From Gracilinanus agilis (Eukaryota): a stretch of DNA of 64,000 nt. The notes under the pieces were generated by a model that ran no database searches, had not been told where the DNA came from, and saw nothing but the letters and a program-made list of their open reading frames with translations. The position numbers and the translations under genes were made by a program. This document shows positions 49,736 to 63,556 of this stretch, in pieces; positions within the stretch are counted from its first letter, which is position 1; the number at the start of each line of letters is the position of its first letter. The stretch covers positions 511,654,195-511,718,194 of the forward strand of contig NC_058132.1 of the NCBI RefSeq assembly GCF_016433145.1, given 5' to 3'.

Positions 49736-49911
49736 AAACCCTTGTACTTTGGTGTATTGTCTCATAGGTGGAAGATTAGTAAGGGTGGGCAATGGGGGTC
49801 AAGTGACTTGCCCAGGTTCACACAGCTGGGAAGTGGCTGAGGCCGGGTTTGAACCTAGGACCTCCTGTCTCTAGGCCTGACTCTCACTCCACTGAGCTAC
49901 CCAGCTGCCCC
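49736..49911 (-). mobile_element. Young SINE1_Mdo-type SINE, full length
   Basis: Near-identical to the other copies; compound A-tail; no clear TSD. Confidence 0.93.
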
Positions 49912-50709
49912 GATAAATGTTAATCTTGCATTTCTCAGCACTCACCATCAGAGACTATCACTCAGAAAATATGTCTTTTAGATTTACATAATCCAGAACC
50001 CTGAAGTCTCCTTTAAAACTATTTATAAAGAAAAAGAAGAAGATGATGATTTTTCAAATCATTTTTTCAGAATCACATTTGGAGTCAGAGGCCTGATTTA
50101 AAATACTGGCTCTGAGACTTTCTCTGGGGCTGATTTTTGGCAAGTCACTTTGACCTCTCTAGACCTTAGTTTCCTAATCTTCAAAATGTAGTAGTTTGAT
50201 TAAATGACCTTTAAGGTCCTTTCCTTCTGTAAAATCATGATCCTAGTGAGCCTAAGATCTAGGAAGAGTGTATAGCTAGCATTAAGCTGGGTCTTGCTTT
50301 TGAAGTAAATTATTTTTAATTTTTTTTCAATTACTCAGAATTAGTTTATTATATGGGTTATAGTTCTAGATTTGTTATCAAGAGATCTAGTTTGAGTCCT
50401 GGCTCAAATAATTACTTCATGACCAGGAGAAAGTCAGAACTTCATCTTCTATATCTAAACAATGAGGGTGTTAATAACTTACCACAAACAGTTGTTGGGA
50501 GGAAACTATTCAAAAAAACCCTTAAGTAGTAAAATTAAGAGTTCTATTTTTTAAGTCAAAGGCCAATACATACTAGATTAGAAAACAGAAAACCTGAATT
50601 CTAGCACCAGTTTTAGTCACATGACCTTTTAAATTTAATTTTTAAAAATGCTTAAATTTAATTGTTTGTTACATTAAGATTCCAAGATATATCCTTCCCT
50701 CCCTCAGTT

Positions 50710-50920
50710 AAAGAATGACTAAACAAGTCATGGCATATGATTGTGATGGAATATTGCTGTCATAAAAAAATGACAAGAATGTAAATTTAAAAAAATGTTA
50801 AGACCTACACAAAATTATTAAGATTGAAATAAGCAGAACCAAGAAAACATCCTATACTGCAACAGAAATATTGTTTCAAGAATAACATCCACCTCCAGAG
50901 AAATAACTGGTAAATAGAAA
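50710..50920 (+). mobile_element. L1 ORF2-end/3'UTR relic
   Basis: gaatgactaaacaagtcatggcatatgattgtgatggaatattg parallels the L1 end at 24255-24300. Confidence 0.7.
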
Positions 50921-53900
50921 CAAGCAAGACAAGTACAAATATATGTATAAATACAAATATATATATGTATATATATATATATATAATCTTAAGTAAATCC
51001 CTTAATCATTTTGCATTAATGAAGGTGAATTATAGTATCTCTAAGGTCACTTTCCAAACTCTAAAATTCAAGTCTAGCCTTCAGTGACCACATCTTACAA
51101 TTAGGATAATATGATTTTGAGATTCCAGGTTCTAATATTATTCTTCACCAGAGAAAAAGAGAGAACTTATAAATTTATATTTAAAGGTAAAATAAACTCA
51201 TCCATTTGGATCCATATTTTTAAAATGGGAAAAATACCCTTCAAGACCCTTTTTTCCTTCTTATACTCTAGATATTCCTTTGTTTACATGTTGGCCACCC
51301 AATAATGAGCTAATTCATACCTGATATATATAAAAATCATATACCTAATTTTCTTGTCTTATATTAACTAAAAAGATTTTCATTTTACATAAATGACAAT
51401 GTTCAAAACAATACAGGCATAAATGTTGGTTAAAGGCTATGATAGATGAAGACAGAATTATTTTTAAGGGTATTATTCAAGCATAAGAAACTACCTTATT
51501 AGTGGATGATAATTCTTCCCCAAATTAACTGAGAAATGGATTTATTAAAATAGTTGATTCTTTTGAAAACATTTGATTAATATATACTTATTAGTTAGTG
51601 GTTTAACTAAATACACTTGGTCATATTCAATGTATCTGCTAGTCTGAATTCAAACTGGCTTACACTAATAAAGACTTAGGGCTATATAATCAATACTAGT
51701 AGAAATCTGGCATTCATTCAGTTTTTGCATTTGTAGTGGGGTTTTTTCCCCATTCTATTGTGTTATTATACAGGTTACTTAGTCTCAGCCACAAGAGGAA
51801 TTTTAAATCTAATGAACACCCAGACTTTAAGAAAAAAAACATATGGATCTCCCTTTCAGAATTACACAAGTGAAAAATAAAATAAAAATGATTGTTTTTT
51901 TTGTCTTTGCTCCTTTTAAAGTATAAATCACCATGCCCTTTATCTATTGACAAGAATTATTCTCTAAACCTTACCATCTCTGACAGTACACAAAAATAAT
52001 TTTCCTTGAATAATTTCATATTTGTCAAAAAATGCTCTTGAGTCTTAGAACGGACATAGCTAGTTTTCTGTTTGTTTGTTTGTTTTTTATATTTCCAGTG
52101 CAGATCACCTGGAAGAAAATGGAAGGTTGTTTTAAAAAGTTATAGTTTGAGGTATGGAACATGCAATGTGTTATAACAGTTTTCACTGCAAACCCTTGTT
52201 AGTGTTAAAATAATTCAATATAGTTTTAGTGTAGCAATCATTCAATATAGTTTTCAGACTTTAAAGCAAACACATATGTTCATTTGGCCTCCATATAAAT
52301 TAGAGGAATATTTTTTCTCTATATCAATATGAACATAAGAGAATCAATTCCAAAAGTATCATAAGGAAAAGTTGAGACACTTAAAAACTAAATAATCAAG
52401 ATGAGTTTTTCTTATTAAATACTTAAAAAACAAGTTTCATTTCATTCATTCATTCAGAGATTTGTCCTTGAAAAGATCCTAGACATTACCCATTCCAAAT
52501 AACATTGCCCTAGCAGACATCTTCACTCTGGTAATACTTCTCTCTCTAGTCTCCTACTCTTAAGTGGTGAGTTCCTCCCTGAATTTCCATTATGGAAGCC
52601 CCCACACCAGCTTCAACTCCAGTTTTTCACCTTATTTTTATATATTGTCTTTTCTACTAAGCTGTATGTTCTTTGTGGAGAAGGGATATGTTGCTTTTTG
52701 CTTTTATTTGTAATCTAAGACCTAATTGAAGGCTTAGTGCAGTGCCTGCACTAAATGATTTGTTTATCTAACTCATCACAGATAAAGAAACTGAGGCCCA
52801 GAAACATGAAGTCAGTGTCACACGTGGCAGAATCAGGATTTAAGCCCTGGTCCAATGACTTCACATCTGGTCGGTCCCCTAACTTTTAAACTTTTTTAAA
52901 AAATCACACTAAATTTGCAAATATGCATTTGATCTTAGAATAATTTAGCTGGAGACCCAATTGAAGGCTAAAGGAACAGAAGATCTTTAGAGGTTAATTT
53001 TAGCTTTATAATTTTAATTCAAATAATAATATACACAAATCGACATGTTGAAAAATTATATAGTAATGATGGGACCAACAACATTTTCAAATATTTTTCT
53101 CAAAATGCAAATGATTATCTTATGAATTAGTATTAAGTTTATATAGGAGGATTTAAAAAGGTAGGATAAATTTATTAATTAAAATAATTCACTTTAAAAG
53201 TGCTATCAAAATCATACTCTATCTGAAATATTTTAGTTTAGTAATGTAAAGTACCTTTACTAATCATTCTTTTACTGAGTTGATCCCTGAAGTGAATGCA
53301 GAGGAATATTTGATACTGTAGAATTTAATAAAAATGCCTTTTGGGAGTGGAGTGGGTAGGCTGCTGTTAAAAGGAAAAGACATACATGAGAGGATATAAG
53401 TATTTAAGGCTGGAATGCACCTTGGAAACCACTTTGTCTGTTTTGTAGATTAGGATACTGAGATTTAGCAAGGTTTAAGTAACTGGCCCAAATTCACACA
53501 AGTCAAATGAGCTCAAAATTTGTTTAGTACTTAGATCTATTTTTAAAGTATTAAATAGAGGCCCTAATGTTAGCTCACACGTTTCTTTTGTATAAAGAGG
53601 AAATGTAGGGCACAAAACACTTTGACCTAAATGCAGACATCCCTAGGGTGACTACCCCTACCCCTACCAGCACTAGCAGTTTAGATCTCCATAGTACTTT
53701 TGACTAGATCTCCACTCAGATGGGGGGGGGGGGCAAGAGGTTCTGAATTTCATGATAACACCATGGCAAATTACACTGTCTAAAAGCTAACTATGGCTGG
53801 ATGACTTGGTGATGTTAAGTGATAATCATAAGAGAAGCTGACCAGTGTTGACAAAACAATTCCAAAAAGGTCTTTGCCATAGTCTCCTCTGTGTACCTGC

Positions 53901-55038
53901 AGGGACATACAGAGTACAGGGCAAAGTAAACTCAAGTTTAGACTATAATTGGCAGAGAATGCAATTCTCAATTCCTGGAAGGCATTTAACTGTAATCTTC
54001 AAGATGTTCTTCATAAATATAGTGTAACTTTTCTGCTTAAAAAGCACTGAATTAATCTGTCAGTCAATATACATTTATTAAGCATGAACACTCAACAGGC
54101 ACTACACTAAGCTAGGGATACAAATACAAAAAGGAAAAATAGTTCTTGTCCTCAAGGAGCTTCAAATCTAATGAGGGAAAACCACACACAAAAGAAAGAT
54201 GAAAATGGAGTAAGGAGAATAGCCAAGAAGGGCTCGATGGAGAAGGCTGGAAAATCCCAAAGGTGGATTTATCTAATCTGACCTAACCTCCCCATGGATT
54301 TGTTATTGTTAGCTGTTCTGGGAATGTTTCTAGGATGTTGTCATAAAATTCAGTATCCTTCATCCCCTTCATCACAAGAGGTTTTTCTGGCAAAGAAAGT
54401 AGGGAGTCTGATTGAAGAGAACTTGAAGCTTAGGTTGACCTGGGGCTCATCTCCTCCCACTACCCACTCGCTATTTCTTCTCAGTGTCTAGATTGAGAGG
54501 TTTCCTATTTTCTGACAGATTCTCTCAACTCCCCACAACACTGCTAAGACATGAAGATAACATCATTCTCTGTCACGAATGGTAAGAAATTCTGAAAACT
54601 CAGCAGTTGCCTTCAGGACTACAACTGTCTTTAAGGAAGTAAATGAGATTCATGCAGTTCAAACTCCTATGTCCAGTGAAGATAAAGATCAAATTTGCAA
54701 AGAAGTTGAGGAAAGAAGGCTTTTTCATCCACCAAAAATTATTTATTTATTTGCTTTCTATGTTTTAGGCACTGTGCTAAATGCCAAAGATAGGAAAAAA
54801 AGCAAAAATACTATCCCTGCCCTCTAGGAGCTCATATTCAAAGAGAGGAGACTATGTAAGTTAGTAAATAATGCATGGAAGACATAGAGATTATTTAGGT
54901 CATGTCAGAAGGGCACATGCAAGGATGTGGGAGAAGGAGGGAAGGCCTCCCATCCAGGGGAATTTGAGCTGAGACTTGAAGGAAGTCGGGGTAACTAAAA
55001 GGTATTGCTGTGGAGGAAGAGCATTCCAGGCATTTGTG

Positions 55039-55268
55039 GTTGCTGTTGTTTAGTCATTTCAGTTGTATATGACTCTCTGGCACTCCATTTGGGGTTTTCT
55101 TGGCCAAGATACTGGAGTGATTTGCTATTTCCTTCTCCAGCTCATTTTATAAATGAGGAACTAAGGCCAGCAGGCTTATGTGACTTGCAGAGGGTCACAC
55201 AGTCAGTAAGTGTCCAAGGACATATTTGAGCTCAGGTCTTCCTGACCCCAGGCCTAGCACTTCATCCA
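55039..55268 (-). mobile_element. Mar1-type SINE
   Basis: Reverse of the Mar1 tail gttgttt...ttggccaagatactggagtg...ccttctccag, plus MIR core. Confidence 0.85.
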
Positions 55269-56849
55269 TGGTGAGTTTTGTATGGGAGAAAACAAGTTGG
55301 CCAATGCCCATATACAAAAAAGAGGTAAAAGGTAGCTTCTTTCCTTAAGAAGCTATCAATCTAATGCAACCAAACGAGTAAGAAAAAAGTGCCTGGCAAT
55401 GTGTTCTGGTTTGGGGTTTTCATGCTTTCCAACATTCAGAATGAAACTAGCCAGCAAATTAGAAACTGGCAAGTATAAATGAGATAAAAGTTGGCATTTT
55501 TCATGTCTGATCTTGATTTTCTTTTACAAAGTACTGATTCCAACTTGGATTTAATGATAGCATCAAATGCGATTCCAGGTAACTGAGCCACAGGCAGAGA
55601 TCTAGAATGGTAATGTTATTCTTGCCCTCCCTGGCCCCCTCTCCCCCGCCCCAATTTCACACTGGCTATGATTTCTGCACTTCATAGAAGGGTTTCGGAG
55701 TGATTTTTTAACTGCTGAGGCATTGAGTATATTGCCTGACATTTTCTCAGTGGAGAAGTTATTTCAGGTTTTCCTGACTTCTAAATTTCAAACTTCATTT
55801 ATGTTGGTTAAAAACTACACCTTTCTGCTAGTACTCTCTTGCCTGGGAATGGGTGCAGGGACGAGGGAGGGTTGTTTGAAGGGTGAGAGAGTGTGGAAAG
55901 AAGTAACAGAGGCGGTCTCAGTTTTAACTTATTCACGAGTTCCTCTCAAATGACTCTTTTTATTCCAGCAATGATTCAGTTGAAAGAATCATTGCTAGCT
56001 CCTGAGTTGGCTAAAAAGGTTCTTTATTAGAATCCCACATCTTATGTCACTGATTGTGATTCTGTTCATAGCACTGACATCCTCTTCCTCCACCTCCCCC
56101 CACCCCACCCCAGCTTTGTTAGCTGACATCACCCCATGTTAGTAATTCCTCCCTTTGGCTTTCCTTTTTTATACATTCCTCTGGTAGGGCTGTGCATCCA
56201 TGACAACTACTGACTGTGTGAGCTTCCTCCTTCAGACTGTTATTTAAGGTTCAGATTCCATGATTAGTCAAAAAAGATAACAAAAAAAGGATTAGGTGGC
56301 ACAGACAATTAAACTATTACTCATCTGTACTCAAAAATCTAGGTGCCTGCTTCTGTGTCACAGAGAGATTAGTGTGTTACTATCAATCTTGTTTCTCCAT
56401 TTTTTGTCTCTATCCGAAAACTCCTTCAGCCTCTTCTGCAGCAATACAGAACCATATGTTCAGTTCACTTCTCAATAATGTCCTCTTTTTCTTCCTCATC
56501 AATTAGCTTTCACTTGTGCTTCTCCCGAGTGTTACCAGCTCTCCAAATTGGAATTTTTTTGAACCATATAAACTTCAAGCAAGATATCTGATTTGCCTTT
56601 TATGACTATGAAATGATGAGCATCAGATTTCTATTAAAGATCATTGGATTTCCTCCAGATATTTGCTTTAGTCATTTCACTTTCAGTAGTAGTTTAATTT
56701 ATTTTTGATGTTGATGATTGACATTTTTTTCTGCCATCCTTCATCTACTGGTATTGCTTTTTCTTAAGTGAAATAATTTTAAAAAATAATTGCTAAAGCA
56801 ATTTCAGCTTTCAATGCACTCAACAATTATTATCTCATTTTTTAAATTT

Positions 56850-57030
56850 TAAAAGAACACTGGATGGTAGATACTATTATTATTCCCATTTTAGAGATGA
56901 ATGAAACTAAAATTGGCAAAGGTTAAATGACTTATCCAGAGTCACACAGCTAGTACAAATATGAATTTGAACTTAGGGCTTCCTGATTCCTTTCCAGCTT
57001 TCTATATTCTATTCACTGGATCACCTAGCT
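56850..57030 (-). mobile_element. MIR-type SINE
   Basis: attattattcccattt...gaaact...ggttaaatgacttatccagagtcacacagctagt. Confidence 0.75.
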
Positions 57031-58366
57031 AAAATATTTTTGCAAAGCATTTAAAGTTTAAATTATTATTAATAATATTTTCAACTATTTAATTAACTAC
57101 AATAATAATACAATAGTTGATTTTGTGTTCAATAACCAAAAAACAAATCATTTTATCTACCTGTAACAGTTCCTTAAACACTATCCATAAAAGAACAATA
57201 GTAGAAGAGCGACTTGTTTCAGAACCATTTTTCACCGAGGTACATCAAACTTAAATGAGAAGAATGTAATTATAATAATTGCATAAATTTCTATAGGACA
57301 TTAAGGTTGACAAATCACTTTACATATAATATTTCATTTGATCCTTCTAGCAACTGGCGAAGTAGATGTCCCTATAAAGTGCACTTTAGAGATGTGTAAA
57401 CTAGCAGTATTAAAGTTTATTTCTTCTGTGATTATGCTGAACACTCTAATGAAGTCATAAATTTAGGGCTATAAGAGAAGTCAGAGTTCATCATGTCTAA
57501 TCCTTAATTTTACAGGTAAAGGAACTACAGGCAAGAGAAATTTAGTGACTTCCCCAAGGTCATAGAAATTGTGAATATTACTGGTAGGATTTGACGCTCT
57601 GTTCTCTAATTCTGGTTCTCTTTCCATTGTACTTACACCAAGCTGCTTTTTTATTAGTAAACTCATATTTTAATTAATGACATTTTTATTTGTTCCTCCC
57701 TCTTTCTTTTCTTTCTCAAATAATCTTAATATTGCATGGCAAAAGTTTTCCAAATTCACTTCCATTTCCCATGCCCTTCCTATTCCTAGGATGCTACATA
57801 TAGCTTCTTAGCATACCTGCCACAGAATTTAGTTAATTCCTTCTTTAAAACTTTTGCCATCAAGTGAAATCTAAAGGTCAATGGCCTTCTCAGTCTGAGG
57901 TAGGTACAAATAAAGCCAGAATCCAAGTACAAAGTCTAGATAAAACCAATAAGAATGTAGATGCAATTTAAAGGAACGTTTGTGAGATTCGGAGTGAATA
58001 AATCAAAGCTAATTTTACATGGCCTTTGCTTCTAGACTTTATGCTAACTTTGTGGTATGCTGAAAAGCTTTTACCAACAAAATTCGGAGGAGAACTATGC
58101 AAGCTTAATTGTACTTATACAAAAGAGAGCCCTTTCAGTTCCCTTTGCTAGCTACCTGATGACCCTTAGCACTGTACTGTACAGCTAAAATCAGTAAATC
58201 AGACAGATTCATTTCCAAGGAATACATTTAAGGTCTTGCCTATACCCCACACATCAGAAGGATCTGTTTTTGCCAACAACACCCTGGCGGCTTACTGCAA
58301 TGGAATGACTCAGGTCACTTATTTAAAATCTTAAACTGATATTTTAGTTGCCTGTAGGTCACAAAC

Positions 58367-58469
58367 CTGCCAGCCTTGTAATTTACACTGCTGAAGCACA
58401 AGCTGACATTTCTCCTCAGCCGACAGCTTCTTCTTCTCTCCTGGCAATGTATCAGCCAAGGCCTTATAC
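58367..58469 (-). CDS. MYO16: MYO16 coding exon (103 nt), end of motor domain: (R)[34 protein letters not shown]
   Basis: Minus-strand acceptor tttccttacag|G and donor CAG|gtttgt; 1+34 codons; phase-0 join to 27032. Peptide matches my recollection of MYO16 (RYKPLADT...[12 protein letters not shown]). Too short for the ORF track. Confidence 0.93.
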
Positions 58470-58654
58470 CTGTAAGGAAAAGAAAAAAAAAATCAGGGAA
58501 ATATCTGATTGATACAGAAAAAAACGAAATACCAGTGATTGAATTTGGAGTGAAAATTGTTCTAGGTTACTAGTTCGTAATTATATTTGTTATTCTGAGT
58601 TTTTGTTTATTTCTTTGCTCTTTTCCTGTCACTATACACAAAAAATTTCAATTA

Positions 58655-58850
58655 GGATAAAGGACTCACTCCTGGAGTGAGAAGACCTGGGTCCCATTCT
58701 CATCTTTGACATTAACTATTTGTGTGATTTTGGCCAAGTCATGTAACATCTCTCAGTCTCAGTTTCCTGATCTGTAAAATGATGGGATTATACTAAATGA
58801 TCTCTGAGGTCTTTAGCTTTATATCTTATGAACTTTTGATTCTAAAATCA
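58655..58850 (+). mobile_element. MIR-type SINE
   Basis: ctggagtgagaagacctggg...ggccaagtcatgtaacatctctcagtctcagtttcctgatctgtaaaatg. Confidence 0.8.
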
Positions 58851-61800
58851 TAGATATATTGTTGTCTATTGTCAAAGCCTCTTGTTCTTTTTAAGTTGTA
58901 AAATTAACTAACCCACTAACTTCTTGAAACTCTGTTGGATCTGTAGAATTTGTTTAGATAGTCATGAAGAAATGGTTATTTGGAAGTCATTTAAGAAATG
59001 TGAAGACTTTGGAAAAAAAGCTTCCCTTATTTCCTTTAAATTGACAGTCATATTAATATGAATGAAGATATAAAGAAAACCAAATGCCTAAGTAGCTCCA
59101 TTTGAAGAAAGGGCTTTTTAACACTACTTCATATTACATCTTTATGTCTTCAGAGCCCATTTGGAAGGGATGTGGTCAAAAATCCTGCTCAGCATTTTCC
59201 TTTTCCTTGTTGGGAGTCGATTAAAAACTAAAGAAGTTTTCTGCCCACCTCACATTGTATATACTTCACTCCTTTGAAATTTGCTAGAATGGATTTTTTT
59301 AGGCTTTCTTATTTTGCCATGTCCTTATTTAATTTTACCTTTCTCTGATTAAATTAATGTAAGGTTTAAAATTCCCATCAAGAGAGAAAAAGTGCTTTCA
59401 CAATGTTGTAGCAACCAAATGATAGCTCTTTGTTAAGCCTTCCCTCTTTTCCTTCCCCCTCCTTTTTGGCATTATACCTGGCATGTGAGCAAATAGTGCA
59501 TTAAAAAACAAAAGCTTCTGCATTAACTTTCTCTGCTACTACATTATACTGTTTATCAATATCATGTTATACTGCATTTGTAAGCCAGGATGAAGTTCTG
59601 CCAAAACTTAAGGGGAAGCACATATCATTATCACATAAGATTTCTACTGTTTTCTGCAGAATGGCTTGTAGTTTTCTCTAATGTGCGCTATAGTTAATTG
59701 GGTGTCTCCTAAAATGAGGGCTTTCAATTCACTTAGAGGAATTAGGCAAGGAGAAAGAAAGAAAGAAAAAAAATCACCACAACTGACATCCTTATTTGCC
59801 ACATTTGCTTAGATTCTAGAATTGCTATTATTGCGGAAACCAATTGGCAGTCATGTAAGACTGATGTATATAGCTCTTCATTTTGCAAATACCATCCATA
59901 ACAGATTCACTGAATGGGGGTGGAGTGGGTGGGTAGTACTGCAAAGGCTGCAGGTACAGTAAATAATGCATATGGGAGGAAACCACTCTATTCAGCTCTT
60001 TTCAGCATGTTTTCTTATTTTCTTTCTTAACTCTTTAAAAACTAAACCTGACCAAAAACCAAAGCAAAAATATTTTCTTTTCTCTGGGATAAATGCCTCT
60101 ATCATTTAGTCAGCAAAATAAACACATCAATCCCAGCATGGTGCCTTCTTTTTATATAGACTTTACTCAAGTGTCAAGCTCTGGATATGAGTGCTTATAA
60201 AAATAGAAAAGGGTAAGCAATACATAGTGAAGCTGATATGCCTGAGGCAAGGGAGTGAAAAATTCCAGCTCATCAACTTAATCATACTAAATGGGCTAAA
60301 ATGATCTAGGGATGACTGGAATACCTAGTGTTCTTTTATGAAAATAATACTTCCTCTAACTGTCCTGAATCAGAGTCCTAGCTTCCTGCCCACTTTGGAT
60401 GTAATCACTTTTGGATTAGAGCAGAAGAAAGCGGGGATTTGTCAGAATTGTTGGGCAATGGTTAGGGTATGTGAGGCTCCTGAGTACCTTTCAACTCCTG
60501 AAAAGGTACTTGCAATGATGCATTGCAATAAGAAACAATACATGTATAATTTAATACTTTTTAATATCTGTTATAATATAGTTACAGTGGAAAGAGAACT
60601 GGATTACGAGTCAGGATTTAGTAGTTTAGTAGTGTTTAGGTTTAATGGGTTAGGGTTTAGTAATGTCTCTGATACTTATTTACTAGCTGTGTGGAAAAAG
60701 GCAAGTTATTTTGTGATGTTATTCTGTCCTTTCTGTTATTCACCTGGAATTAGTCAGAGGAAGTATCTTGCTGCTGACAGATTCTCACTATCAAGAACAG
60801 CAATCCTGTGGATCCAGATATTCAAAAATCTGGACCTCCTCTCTCAGACTTAGCTTTAGCATTTCCTCCAAGATGAATCTATCTGAATTAGAGGGTGATG
60901 AATCACCATCCCTCTCTCCTATACTTATCTTGCCTCAGATGGCTAGGCTACACTTCCTCCAAATCTGACATCTATCAGGATGCTAGAACCTAGCTAGTGA
61001 GGGCATCTTGCATTATACATATAGCCAACTCCCTTGACCCTTCCGTACCTGGCTTCTCCTCTCACCCAAATAATAATAATAAAATCAATACTGACAATAC
61101 TACTTTTTTGTTCCTATAGAAATTATGGGTAGATGTTAACAAAGTCCAATTTAGACTTGATGTCTGTCAGGAAAGAATTCCTAATAATTAGTATTGTCCA
61201 AAAGTGGATCAAACTGCTTTAAGAGGTGGTGGTTCCACTTCTGTGGGAGTCTTTCAGTAGAGGTTGGATTATCACTTGCTGTAAATGTTAAAGCGGCAAT
61301 TCCTTTGTGTATTCACTGGAATACTTGGCCACTGAGGTCCCTTTTCACTCTCAAATTATCTGATAATGTCAGAAAAAATTAAATCTACTTTCTAGGATAG
61401 ACAATTTTTGCTAAAGGAGAATATTAAGTAGAAGAGTCGACATTTCCAAGACTATCTAATTTACATTTGTTGAAGTCTGAATCAAGAATGAAATCTAGTT
61501 TCACCCTAGGATACTGTTAATTTGTTAACATCAATAACAATATGAAATTCACAGATGAACTTCTAACTCAACACTTTGTTAACCTATCAGTTAGAGTTGA
61601 AATCTTCCTCCCAAAACTTACTTTCTTCATTTTTGAATTATTCTTTTGATATTAAAGATGGCCTTGTTCTAATTATTTGTTTTCTATTAAAAACTTTAAA
61701 AATCATAACTAAAGAGCATTTATTTAGGTTGGGCCACAAAATTAATGTTTAGAATGGAAGATATTGTTAGCATAGAAAAATTTGTACACATTGTCAGTGA

Positions 61801-63219
61801 CTTTTCTTCATCATGAAATAGGCTTTCATTTCATGAGGGACAGTATGGCATATTGGATACAGAGCTTAACCTTGAAGGCTTGGAATCAAGTCTTGCCTCT
61901 GACATTTCCTGACAGTGTAATCCTGGCCAATTCATTTAAACTCTCAATGCTATAGGCAACTCATTATGAATCTAAGTTTCAGAGGAGTTGTCAACCTGCA
62001 TTGCAAGAGGGAAATATCCTCACCTAAGAATGCCTTAAGCAAGTGAAATAACACCCTAGTCCTTATTTATCTTCCTATCCTTATCATTAAGCTAACCACT
62101 ATACTAAATGATGTCTTAATAATGACTTCATTGTGAGAAAAGGCAATAAAAGGCAATAAAATTCTGATATATAGGCGATGAGACCAAAGATTTTGGACTT
62201 TATGCCACATTTTACCAAAGAATTTGAGTCTTTTTTTAGTTCAGACTCAAAGTAAATAGATCAGAAGTGGAACCACTCTTATGAACTTGACCTTCAAAAG
62301 AACCACCTAAAACTTTAAGAGGAAAACACAAATAAGCCATTCATTTAGCATCTCATGGAATGAGATCTTAAAATAAATAAATTTTAAAAAATTAGTATGT
62401 GTTAAGAAAAAAGGATAATTAATTATGCATAGGACTTTTCAAGTACCATATTCTTATTAGCAGCAGTTCAATATCTTTGATTATCAAGAATAATACCAAT
62501 TGTGGGCAATAAAATGGAAATATTGGAAAAAGAAATATGGGAAGATACTAACACCATTAATACTTCTTCTAGAAGTTTAAGAAGCTAGTACTGGTTTAAA
62601 ATCACTACCACAACCTAAAAAATAGAACTTAAAAAGATAAACTCAAATCACAGAGTCATATATTTATATCTGGAAAGAATGTTAGATGAAAATTACATAG
62701 GTAGTAAAAATAGAAATAAAGAGACTCAAATGCTTTTGCAAAATCTAGGTAAACAGTCCACTGATCTACCAGTTTTGTAACCATGTCAAAAGGAAAATTA
62801 ATTTACTGGTGAATAATTGTTCTTAATGAAGCTGTTATGGACTTTATAATCATTCCTTCCTCTTCTAGATGTTTACCTCTCATTTTAATAATAATATATT
62901 CTAGAATTCTGACAAGAATCAAAGAAAAGTTTACTGGCCCAAAGTTTGAAAGCATCATTCTTTTCCTTTTAGTAGGTCAATCAAACTGATACACATGTAG
63001 GAACATGAACTTTTCTTTAGGATTTTGGTAACATCTTAGTATTATAGCATCATAAATAACAAATTTAGATTTAAAAATTACCTCACTGACTATACCCTTG
63101 ATTTTATAGTTCAAGTACAGGGAGGCTACGGGACTTTGCTGGGTCACATGCAATAAATGTCTGAGGTAGAATTTAAACCCAAATTCAATACCCTGTTGAC
63201 TATACCACATACCCAATAC

Positions 63220-63556
63220 CAGTGATGGTGAACCTATGACACACGTAACCATTTTCGATGACATGCAGCCACATGCGGTCGTATACAGATACGTATGGGG
63301 CCACGTGCCGAGGATGAAACATTTGTTGTAGTGTAGTGTAGACATTCTGTGCACTATAGATGACAATTCTACATATATTAATTTACCTCTTTAGGTTATT
63401 AAATACAGTTATACATTACAATTACATATTTTTGTTATTTAAACTATAAATATCATGAAATTAGGTGTTTTTTCCCAAAGTGACATACCACTCGAGTTAT
63501 GCTTATTTTTCTTGGTGAATTTTGACACACCAAGCTCAAAAGGTTGCCCATTACTG
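63220..63556. mobile_element. Non-autonomous hAT MITE, OC1/OposCharlie1-like, 337 bp
   Basis: TIRs CAGTGATGGTGAACCT / AGGTTGCCCATTACTG (13/16); subterminal GACACACCAAGCTCAAAAGGTT resembles OC1 elements from memory; TSD only partial (CCCAATAC vs CTCTAAAC, 5/8). Confidence 0.8.

Noticed and set aside
55621-55660. GC box next to CCAAT as an internal promoter
   Set aside because: Isolated motifs with no CpG island; expected by chance in 64 kb.
60805-60840. TCCAGAT/ATCTGGA hairpin
   Set aside because: Only a 7-bp stem; too short for a pre-miRNA or a meaningful structure.
60338-60853. 171-aa plus-strand ORF
   Set aside because: No recognisable domain, hydrophobic AT-driven composition, overlaps MIR-like remnants, no splice context; likely chance.
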